The notes: generated by a model from the letters alone, not told the origin. A DNA stretch of 15,775 nucleotides from Fonticula alba ATCC 38817 (GCA_000388065.2 KB932204.1), one strand, 5' to 3'; positions 1 to 9,452 are shown, counted from the first letter of the stretch. Translations and numbers: made by a program.

Positions 1-198
1 GGGGGGGGATGATCGGGATTGCCATGTCAATGGTCGCGCAAATGGTACACGGTCGCCTCCACCATTCTCTTTCTCTCGGCCCTCGACCTTGGGGGATGGG
101 GAGCGAGAGGGGGAGCCGCGCCTGCGATGTTCAGGCGTAGACAGGAAGGGAAGGAGAGAGAGAGAGAGCAAAGGCAAAACACAGGCATGATGGCGCAC

Positions 199-883
199 CA
201 CGAATGACGGAGATGTAAGAGCTCTCATCGTGGCCAACCCAGCGGTCACGCTTGGCCGCATACGAGCGGGTGTCTTCGGGATTCTCGATAAACTCATCAC
301 CCTGAAAGGCATAGCAGGCATGGTCGTCAGAAAAAAAAAAGCCACCCTCTCACCGGTGGACAAGAAAGGAAGATCAGCCCAGGCTCAGGGACAGGCCCTT
401 CGCCACACATCCAGCGCACGCACCTTCAGGTCTTTGCCAGAAAACTTGGCCAGCTTCTTGCGCGGGCGCTCGACGCAGTCCTTGCGCTTGTGTGTCATGG
501 ACCCGCAATTCTCGCAGGCCCCGGGACGGTACTTCTTCGGCGGCGGCTGCAGCGGGACATGAGGAGGAAAGGCGTCAGGGAGGGCACCGGCGACCAGGAC
601 CGAAGAAGGGGCACAGGCCCATGGCTCGTGGGCGTACCTTGGTCAGGCCGCGACGGACGAATTTGTTGACGTCCTCCGGCTCCTGGCGCGCCTGGCGCTG
701 ATGGCGCAGCGTTGCCTCACCGGTGTCAATGTACCAGGGGGCCTGGGAGACGTACTGGGGGATGTGCGGGTTGATGCCAAGGCCGGTGTCGACATCGCGC
801 TCGGCCTCAATGGTACCGGCCTTCCGCGCGGCGTCGAGCTCCTGCCGCTGGCGGAACTCGTCGCGCGAAAGCTTGTGGGACAT
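199..883 (-). CDS. SLU7: Pre-mRNA splicing factor SLU7, 5' part (exons 883-638, 546-424, 301-199); gene continues toward or beyond the window start
   Basis: Spliced translation [51 protein letters not shown]...RGLTK|[30 protein letters not shown]...DLK|[34 protein letters not shown]. It contains the SLU7 hallmarks [11 protein letters not shown], the zinc knuckle GACENCGxMTHKxKDCxERPR and KRDRW. Introns 637-547 (GTACGC..CAG) and 423-302 (GTGCGT..CAG) are phase 0; the next donor is GTGCGC at 198. Exon 4 is not resolved. Confidence 0.95.
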
Positions 884-1171
884 GATGCTGCCTTACAAGG
901 GGATGGGATCAGGTAGCCTACTGGGGAGCTGTGTGTGGGGGCGTATAGATGGGAGAAGAAGAGTGCGAGGAGGATTGGGGAAGAAAGGGAAAGGGAGGAG
1001 GGGGGGAGGAAGAGGGAGAAGAGATCTATCGGGCTTTCCTCAGCCGGCCGGCCGAGACAGCGCGCCCGCTGAAGAAGAAGACTCCCCGGCCTACACCCTT
1101 CGAGACTGGAGTGCGGGCGGGAACTACCCCCCCGCCCCACCTCTTTCTCCGCACACCTGCCGGGGTGTCCC

Positions 1172-1210
1172 NNNNNNNNNNNNNNNNNNNNNNNNNNNNN
1201 NNNNNNNNNN
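1172..1210. other. Assembly gap (39 N)
   Basis: N run. Confidence 1.
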
Positions 1211-3059
1211 GGCACCGGACACACCTCCGGCGCCCCGCACCGCCGCCCCCCCCCCCCGTCTGTACACAGGCCCCCAGCCGGCGGGTCTCTTAACAACAGC
1301 CTGGGTCGGCCCCCGGCGCGGCTCGGCCTCTCGCGTAGCATCGCCGCCCCCCCTGCATCCCTGCTCCGCCTCCCATCGGCCAGGGCCGGCGCTCCGGGCG
1401 CCCAGACCAATCCACGCGCCCGAACCCGCCGGAGTTCGGTGGAAAGCCCCAGCCAGCTGGGGGTCTCCTGGCGCCAATAAAAAACCGGCCTTTTCCGCCC
1501 TCTTCGGCGCGAATCCCGGCGGCCGGGTGGGGCGCCGCCCCCCCCCCCCCAAATGCGGACGACACGACCGGCCGCGGCCGCCTGTCACAAGTGAGTGGAC
1601 GCGCGCCTTTACGCCTCACTCGCCGTCCCCCCCCCCCCCCAGGCGGCTGGCGGACGGCGGGCTCCCCCGGCGCCGCATATTCACACTACCCCGGTCCTCC
1701 CTCCCTCCCGGGGGCCCCGGGGCCGCACGGCGGCCAAGGGCGTGGCGCGCCTGCGTGAAAAAGACGCCGTACCGCCCCGGCGGCGGTCGTGGCGGCTTCG
1801 CGCGTCCGGTCTCCGGGGCGAGGGAACGGACACGCACACGGCCGGACGCGCGCCAGCCAGCCTGTCCGCCCCCCGGCCGAGAGCTGTTGTCCTCCCCTGC
1901 CAGGGGGGGAGGGGGGGGGCCGGAAAGCGCCGACCCCTCGCCGCCTGGCCGGACGAGCCGGCGGCACGCCGTCGCGGCCCGGCGGACGCCCCCAGCCGGG
2001 GGCCGCGGCAAGAGAGCCGGAGGCCTCCGCGGTTTTCGGCGGCCGGGTTCTGCCGGCCGCCGCGCCGGCCGCCGCCCTGGCAGGGTGCCATGCGGTGGTG
2101 CCCTGCCGCGTGCCGCGCGCCGCCAGCCCGGCCACACGGCACGCGCACACGCACACACGCACACACGCTCACACGCACAGGGCTCCACGCCCCCACCAAG
2201 CTGGCCAGGCTGTCCGTTCGCCCCCGGGCCCGGCGGATTTTTGGGGCACGCCCCCCCGCGCCTCCCGCCCGCGCCGGGGCGGCGAGCCTCCCGGGAGAAG
2301 GGCCCCCGGCGGCAGGGACGACCCGCGAGAGGCACGCCCGTCCGTGTCCCAGCCCCGCGCCCGCCGTGTGTGCCACCGGCGAAGAGCAGGGGGGCTCTTC
2401 TCGGGCCAGCCCGGCCCCACTCCCGGTCGTGGTTTCCGCCGGCGAGGTGCCCAGGCTGTGCCGGGCGCCGGCGCCGGCAAAGGCCCCGAGCCATCGCACT
2501 GCGTCCGGCCGGGCGTGGGGCCCCCCCCCCCCCCCCCCCAGGCCCGCACGCCCGCGTGAATGTCAAGCGCCCGGTCCCCCCGGCCGGCCCCCCTGCCCTC
2601 GGCCCCCGGCCGCCGTGCGAGAAGCTCTCGGCCTCCGGCCGCCGAGGCGGAGAAATATTCCGCGGACATGCTCTCTCCCTCGCCCCGGCTCCCCCCCCCC
2701 CCCCCCCGCCCGAGGCTGGCTGCGCGGCCGGCCCGGGACCCAACCCCCCGGCGTGCAGCCCCCCCCCCCGCCTTGCCCCGCCGGGCCCCGGGCCGCTGCG
2801 GGGTGAGGTCACAGAGGAATCGTGGGAACGGCCTGGCACATGACCTACTGCGAATAGTGGGACCAGAATGGGGGTGCTCAAATGGGAGATCGCCAGTCTG
2901 GATGTTGGCACTGCTGTTGAGACGGTGCCGGGGGAGCAGAAAAAGCGACGCGTGTGCGGTGTATTATATATTGGAGGGCGTGCAGCAAGAGAAAAAAAAA
3001 AGAACAGGAAACCAGAGGACTGACGGGGGGGGGGGGGGGGGGAGGAAAGACACACGCTC

Positions 3060-5578
3060 CTAGATCTTTGGCGGAATCAAGTCACACAGGGAGTCCAGCA
3101 GAATGCGCCGCTCGCGAGACAGGCGGTCTTTGATGGCATTCGCCCGGCGCAGAGCCAGGTTGAGCTCCTCATTTTCGGAGAGAGCCAGACGGAAGAGGTC
3201 GAGCTGGACGCGGTGAGCCTGGACATACTCGCGGGTGTCGAACTTCTCGAGCTTTGTGCGTGCACAGTTCAAGGGAAAGGGGTGTTAGGGTGGGATTGTC
3301 CCTTGGCGGTGACGGAGAGGGGCAAGGGAGGGAGGGAGGGAGAGACATAGCATGGCACAAGAAAGGGAGGGTGACAAGTCGTGGTGGGACGAGGGCGTAC
3401 ACTGGCAACTGCGGTGTCCAGGATGGCGGTTGCGAGATGGGTGGGGACAAAAGAAGGCGGGAAGGAGGGAGGGCATACAAAGTTGGGCCGGTCAGCAAAG
3501 TGGCACCAGGTCAAACGACGACTGGAGAGGAGGGATTCCCCCCCTTTTTTTTTGGGGGGGGGGGGAACACGCACCGGCAGGGCTGTAGAATCGGGGGCGC
3601 TTAGACACATCATATGCATCGGGCAGCGGATCGGACAGGGTAGTCTGAGGGAGGGGCATGTTCGGATCGCTGGGGAGGCCGGCGCCCAGGTGCCCCGGCC
3701 CCGTGCGGCCACCAGCCAGGGAATGGAGCTTGCGCTTCTTGAAAGAGCCATCGCCCAAGCGATCATCCCCGTGCATGCCATCCTCATCCATCGGGTCGAA
3801 GCCCCCGAGGTAGGCGGCGTTAGGGCCGCCAAGCCCCCGGCGGTCGCCCCCCGGAGAGGAGGCCGCCGACCCGGCTGGCAAGGGGGTCGATGGCCGAGAG
3901 GAGAGGCCCATGCCAGGTCCGGCCAGCGACACGGGCCCGGGAGAGGGGGAGCGGGTGGATGCGCGCGAGAGGGCCACCAGCGGGGCGCTGACAGCGGCGG
4001 CGGCAGCAGCGGCAGCGGCTGAGCGCTCGGCCTTGATGCGGACCTGGGCATCATGAGACTGTGCGTCAAGCAGGACGCCGGAGCGGAGCATGGTGTTGGT
4101 GTGAGCGGGAGCAACATGGCAACGGGGGAGGGGGGGGGGAGGGGAGATTCCCTATACGGCAGGGGAGAACGGACCTCATGCATCTTGATGTGCTTCTGCA
4201 TGTTGTCATAACGAGAGAAGCGCTGCCCACAGACCTCGGTCCCCTCCGGCGAGCCGGCCGGGATCCACTTACACATGAAGGGACGCTCGCCAGTGTGCAT
4301 GCGCATGTGAAGGACCATGGCCGAGCGCGAGGTAATGGTCCCTTGGAAGGCGGGGGCCGGGCCATCGCCGGTATTGCGGGCACACTTCTGCCACTTGCAG
4401 CGCACCGGGAAGATGCTGGATCCCATCCCAAAAGAGAGGGAGGGAGAGGGGGAGCGGGAGAAGGGCAGAGGGCGGGGGAGGAGGCGAAGGAGGAGGAAGC
4501 CCAAAAGGGGGAATATAGTCAGTTGGCAAAGGCCGGGGACGCGGTTTTCAGCATGGGCTCCGGGAAAGACGCACGCCTTGTCGATATGAGCCGTGGTCAC
4601 ATGGACCACCAGACTCTGGAGATTCTCGAAGTTGGCGAAACACCCCTCCCAGAGGCAAACCCGCTCGCCGGGTTCCTCATGGGGCGTGTGGCGAATGGTG
4701 CCGCGCATGGATTGAGGCCGACCCAGCGGCGGAGGAGAGCGCGAGCTGGTTGGCTCTGCCGAGGACGAGGACGAGGACGAGGAGGAGGAGGAGGAGGAGG
4801 AAGAAGAGGAGTAGGAGGCAGAAGCCGAAGCAGAGGTCGCCGCAGCCGAGACGGAGGATTTGGTGCCCTTGCTGGAAATCTTCTTCAAGGACTTGTCCGA
4901 CGCCGGGGCCGTGGATTTGGTCTCCTTGCTGGTGGGCTTCTTGACGGCGGCCGGCGGGGGCGCGGTCTCTTCGTCGTCGGTATTGACATCGACCTCCTCA
5001 TCGTCATCGGCCTCTTCCTCGTCGGCTTCCTCGGCGTCACCGTCCTCCTCCTCCTCCTCTTCCTCCTCGTGGCCATCTTCTTCGCCCTCGGAGGAGGATC
5101 CGGAGTTGGAATCGGACGAGCCGGAGTGGGAGGATCCCTCCGAGGTGTGCCGGCCTGAGAGGGCCCCTGCCGAAAGGGAGGACGACGCGGAGCTGCTGGT
5201 GCTCAGCGAAGTGGACGAGGCGGAAGAGCTGGCAGTGCCCGAGCCCGGGGTGATCTTCCCCAGGTTGATGGACAGACTGCCGGTGGCCGGGGCCGAGATG
5301 ACAATCCTCGGAGCACCGGCCAGGGTGGTCGAGTCAGTTTCCTCCTCCTCCTCCTCGTCCGAGGAACCGGAGCCGGAGCCGGATCCGGTGCCAGAGCCGG
5401 AATCGGTGTTCGACCGGTCCGAGTCGACATCCGACGAATAGGCCGATGAGGAGCCGGATCCGGAGCCGGAGCCGGAGCCGGATTCAGATCCAGAGTGCTC
5501 TGAGTCACTGGCCGCGGAGGAGAAGGACGCCGGCGAGTCTATTGACGAAGGGGAGGGCGAGGAATTGGGATCGGCCAT
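3060..5578 (-). CDS. C2H2 zinc-finger protein (3 fingers, tandem CW type) with acidic low-complexity N-terminus and C-terminal INO80E/TFPT-like coiled coil; Iec1-like; 642 aa
   Basis: Exons 5578-4575, 4415-4175, 4058-3575, 3408-3401 and 3251-3060 total 1929 nt and join in one open frame from MADPNSS to DLIPPKI*. Donors GTGCGT, GTCCGT, GTGCGT, GTACGC; acceptors CAG, CAG, CAG, AAG. Fingers are CLWEGC-x12-HVTTAH, CKWQKC-x24-HMRMH, a TGERPF linker, then C-x13-C-x12-HIKMH. KKRK is a possible NLS. The family assignment rests on recalled motif similarity. Confidence 0.85.
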
Positions 5579-6503
5579 GGCGAGGTGGGCGGCAGAGGCA
5601 GGCGGGCGCAGGAGAAACCGAGCACGTGTAGTGGATTGGGTGGGAGTGTTTGGGAAAGGGACAAGCGCAAAGGGGGAGAAGAGCGAAGGAGGGGGGTGCG
5701 GGGGGTGCGGGGGTGGGGGACAGGGAAGTGGTGGTTGAGCCAGCCGGACGGCCACATGCATGGGGGGGGGTCGCCTCCTGGCGGGAGAAGAAAAGGGGGG
5801 CCGATGACGACATGTACGTGCGCATTTACATGCGCCTTCGCTCGTGCACACCCATTCGTGGGGCTGCGGCGGGGACGGAGGGCCGGGTGCGGGAGGGGGG
5901 TGCGGGCAGGAGTCGGCGACACACCCCTGCCTGCGTCTCCGGAGGGAGAATGGCAGTTAAAAGTGCTGGAAATGCCAACGGCCGCCGACCAGGCTAGGAC
6001 GTTTCCGAGAGGCGAAGAGGGCCCACCCCTGCGGCGGCCCCGGGGGGAGGGCTCGCGGGCCGGGCTGGCGAGACAAAGAGGGAGAAAGACCGGAGCCCCT
6101 CCTTTCGCTGGCGCCACGCGCTTCCTCAGGCGTCGGAGGGGAAAGGAGCGGTCCCCTGCCGGTTGCCTGCCGCCGAACACCCCCAAGCAGGCCCCCCCCC
6201 CTTCCCCGGCCGGCCGACCGGCCCCCGATCACCCACAGCCCACCGTTCCGGCCGGTTGCCTGAATGTGCGTCCCACTGACGACGACCCGCCTTTGTCTAA
6301 TATGGGACCGGCCGAACACATTCGCCGCGTTGGCTTGATGGCCCCGGAGGAGGGGAGGTTATGGGGAAAAGATCAACTGCCAACGGATGGGTGTATTTTT
6401 GTGGCCAGTGTTTCGACTCGTCTCCCGGACACCCCGCCCCCGAAAGGAGACCGGCCGCGAGCAGGCCACCGGGTGGAGGGGAGTGACAGGGACGGCGAAA
6501 GGA

Positions 6504-6556
6504 CACACGCGCACGCGCACACGCGCACACGCATGCACGCATGCACACATGCACGC
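6504..6556. repeat. Degenerate (CA/GCAC/GCAT)n alternating purine-pyrimidine microsatellite downstream of the asparaginase stop
   Basis: cacacgcgcacgcgcacacgcgcacacgcatgcacgcatgcacacatgcacgc; related tracts occur near 2140-2178 and 14125-14166. Confidence 0.85.
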
Positions 6557-6635
6557 CTGACCACTGGGTCGCCAGGGATGCTCCACCGAAATGGACCACG
6601 CCAGGAGGGCAGGCGCCGATGGCCCTTTGGCACTC

Positions 6636-8449
6636 TCAGAACTGCGAGTGGTGGCCGATGCTTAGCGAGGGCGGGAGATCGGCCCCGGCGCCGCGCAGGA
6701 CAAAGGAGGAGGCGGTGGCCGCGGCCGGCAGATGCGGCTTCAAGTAGGCCGGGGTGCCACGCGGATCGGAGATATTCCGGTCCAGGCGGGAGGAGATCTC
6801 CCCCCGGAGATCGGCCTCCATCTGCGTGCGAATGTCATTGGGCGTGAGGCCGGCCTGGCCCAGGAGGTAGGATAGCTTGACGGCCGCCGTGTCGGTGGTC
6901 ATGTCGCCGGCACTGACGCAGCCAGCCTTCTTGAGCTGCTCGCCGGTGTCGTAGGAGTCCAGGCGGACCTCCCCGCGGACGCACTGCGACGTGATGACCA
7001 CCACCACCCCGGAGTCGATGGCCTTGGTGACGGCATGGATGAAGTCCGTCCGGCGGGAGGACATATTTCCCGTGCCATAGGTTTGGATGACGATGCCGCG
7101 AGCGGGGTGCAGCCGGGCGCGGCCCTCCAGCGGCGGGGGCGCCGAGCAGGCCAGCCCCTCGGTGGCGCCGGACCCGGCATCGGGCGAGCCCACGTCGGTG
7201 GCATCGGTGACATCGGCGTCATTGGTGACCACCGAGCCGCGGGTCTTCCCGGCGCCCAGGAGCTCCGGCGAGGAGGCCTGCGAGCTGGACTCCAGCAGCA
7301 GCATCAGCAGGTCATCCGAAAAGCCCGGGACCAGGCGAATGACAACCACCGACCGGTCGAAGCGGGTGAACACCCGCAGCGGCGAGGCCACCGGGTCCGG
7401 GATCCGGCGAACCAGCCCCTTGTTCACGGTCACCGAGATCCCCAAGCTGGCCAGGGGGCTGAAATTCGGCGACCCAAAAGCATCCAGCGACCAGGAGTTC
7501 TCTTTGATGCAGCGATTCCCCCGGTGCAGGTGGCGGTTGAAGAAAATGCACACCTCGGGGATGACCAGCTCATAGCCGGCCAGAAAGATGGCCGAGGCCA
7601 GATTCTGCCGGCCGTCCGTGTATGGATGCCCCAGAGGCAGCTGTGCCCCGGTGAGGACCACCGGCTTGGCCAGGTTCTCCAGGGCGAAGGACAATGCGGC
7701 CGCCGTGTAGGACATGGTGTCTTTGTTGGGCAGGGCGTTTGTTTTGTTGGGATTTTTTTTCGCCTCTCGCAAAAGTCAGTCCCCTGTGCTGGCTCCGGGA
7801 GCAGTGGGACATGGCGACGTACCGGTTCCATGGGTGACCACGAAGCCATCATAGCCGTCGTAGTACTTCTGGATGGTCCTAGCGAAGTAGATCCAGTCTG
7901 CGGCAGAGGGAGGGGGAGAGAGGGNNNNNNNNNNNNNNNNNNNNNNNNNNNNNNNNNNNNNNNNNNNNNNNNNNNNNNNNNNNNNNNNNNNNNNNNNNNN
8001 NNNNNNNNNNNNNNNNNNNNNNNNNNNNNNNNNNNGGGAGAGAGGGAGAGGGAGAGAGGGAGAGAGGGAGAGAGGGAGAGAGAGATGGGTGGCGAAGAGG
8101 CGGAGGGAAAGGGAGCGTCAGGGCGAGGCTGCGAGATGGGGTGGACTCTGGCCGGAATCGAAAGGATGGACAGCGCACCGTCCGGCGAGATGGAGGCCGA
8201 GTCGATGAGCGGGTCCATGCTACAGAGCGACACCAGCGGCATGTTCGGATGGTTCAGCTCATCCAGGCGATTGATCATGGAGGCCAGGAAGTTGGACTTG
8301 ACCCCGAGCGAGCCGGTCTCGCTGGGCTCCATGCCGATGGTGCCGCCGGTATTGATGATCAGCACGCGACGATTGTTGGTGGCCACTCGATCGGCCGGAT
8401 ACTTCCGGAGGACCGGCTCGGACACGGTCAGCTGGTTGGCGTCCTGCAT
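6636..8449 (-). CDS. Type I cytosolic L-asparaginase (AnsA/ASPG-like), about 476 aa, no ankyrin repeats
   Basis: Exons 8449-8179, 7897-7823 and 7720-6636 splice to give VLIINTGGTIGM (first catalytic Thr), LIDSASISPD|DWIYFARTIQKYYDGYDGFVVTHGT|DTMSYTAAALSF (HGTDTM motif), KPVVLTGAQLP, DGRQNL, RGNRCIK (catalytic Lys), GIVIQTYGTGN, SQC and GDMTTDTAAVKLSYLLG. The start may extend upstream through an intron with a donor at 8607. Confidence 0.93.
7925..8035. other. Assembly gap (111 N) inside asparaginase intron 1
   Basis: N run; the flanking exons join in frame without it. Confidence 1.
8036..8086. repeat. GA-rich (GAGAGG/GA)n microsatellite in asparaginase intron 1, flanking an N gap
   Basis: gggagagagggagagggagagagggagagagggagagagggagagagagat directly after gap 7925-8035; a similar tract precedes the gap. 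Confidence 0.85.
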
Positions 8450-9452
8450 GGTACTTCGCGAGTCTATCGAGTGGGAGCTGGAGCCGGAGGTGGAGGAGGG
8501 CAAAGGAGGGCAAAGGAAATGAGTGTGCGGGGCTATGGTGTTGGCGCGGACGGGGGAGATGGGCTTGGATGCCGATATAACAAAAAAAAGAAAAAAGCCC
8601 GGCTTACCTTGGAGGATGTGGGCACCGGACGGCGGCCCCCGGACCTGAGGCCCCTTGCCTCTTCCCAACAACCAGGGGAAGATCTCGCAAATAACCTGGC
8701 TCCTCCCCCCTCTGTGTCTCCCGGACGCGTCCCCCGTCGTCCCGGGTGTCGACGTATGGCCAGGTTGCCCCGGGCGGTGCGGGGGGAGGCCAGAAAGAAT
8801 GAAAGCAATGCGCGGCCGTTTCAGTTGCAAGACATTAACTGGAAACATTTCCCGTGACAAGCCAATTATCGCCGGGAGAGAGTGAAATCGGGGTCACACT
8901 TCACCCAGAGCCACGTGTTGCTTTGGCTTGGGGCCAGGCCCGCCCTTGCCAAGGCGGGGCCTTGGCCCCTCAACTTTCCCACACTGGCTGATGCTGGCGG
9001 GGAAATATCATTGTGGGCGCCATTCTTTTGAGAACCGACGGCCTCCCCACCCACAGGCCCCGTCTCGGCCGGACCAAGAGCCGGGTTTGAGTGCGCTGGT
9101 GCGGGTGCAGGGGTACTTTTCGACCAAGGGCCGGAGAGACCCGCTGGCGGGGTGTGTGGTTGGCCGGCCGGCGGACGGGCAGAGAACACCAGCAGCAAGA
9201 GCTAGGGGGCGGTGGGGAGAGAGGGGGAGAGAGAGAGAGGCAGAGAGAGAGAGGCAGAGGGGGAGATATTCGCATCACAGTGGTGCGAGGGTTTATACCA
9301 GGGTCTTGGTTTGTCTTCTTGTCCCCCTCTCGCCCCTGATAATGTTCCGAGATGCGGTGTGCTCGTTGGGCAGGAAAACGTGGTGGTCCCGGGGGCAGAG
9401 GGCGGCGGTTGATGTGTCGGCGTGCATCGATGCGCCGGGGGGGGGGGGGGGG

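Noticed and set aside
1-121. Candidate SLU7 exon 4 starting at the CGCAG acceptor (121)
   Set aside because: In the required phase it reaches TGA after about 31 codons with no SLU7-like sequence, so the true next exon cannot be placed from this window.
1438-2190. GGAAAGCCCC (about 1441) and ACAGGGCTC (about 2177) as possible RNase MRP/P P4 halves
   Set aside because: The matches to the conserved regions are poor and the spacing is too long; not supportable without a covariance-model hit.
723-3055. 706-aa, 479-aa and 403-aa Pro/Arg/Gly-rich ORFs
   Set aside because: Stop codons are rare at this GC content, the frames run through homopolymers or an N gap, and there is no domain signal. The region is kept only as an unexplained block.
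4061-5441. Plus-strand ORFs of 365 aa and 193 aa opposite the zinc-finger gene
   Set aside because: Antisense reflections of the low-complexity Ser/Glu coding repeats.
3269-5851. 860-aa continuous ORF taken as the zinc-finger protein
   Set aside because: It reads through a 159-nt stop-free intron and leaves the true frame after 4175. The spliced model restores finger spacing and uses consensus sites.
7035-8522. 495-aa and 238-aa plus-strand ORFs opposite the asparaginase
   Set aside because: Shadow frames that run through an N gap and introns of the real gene.
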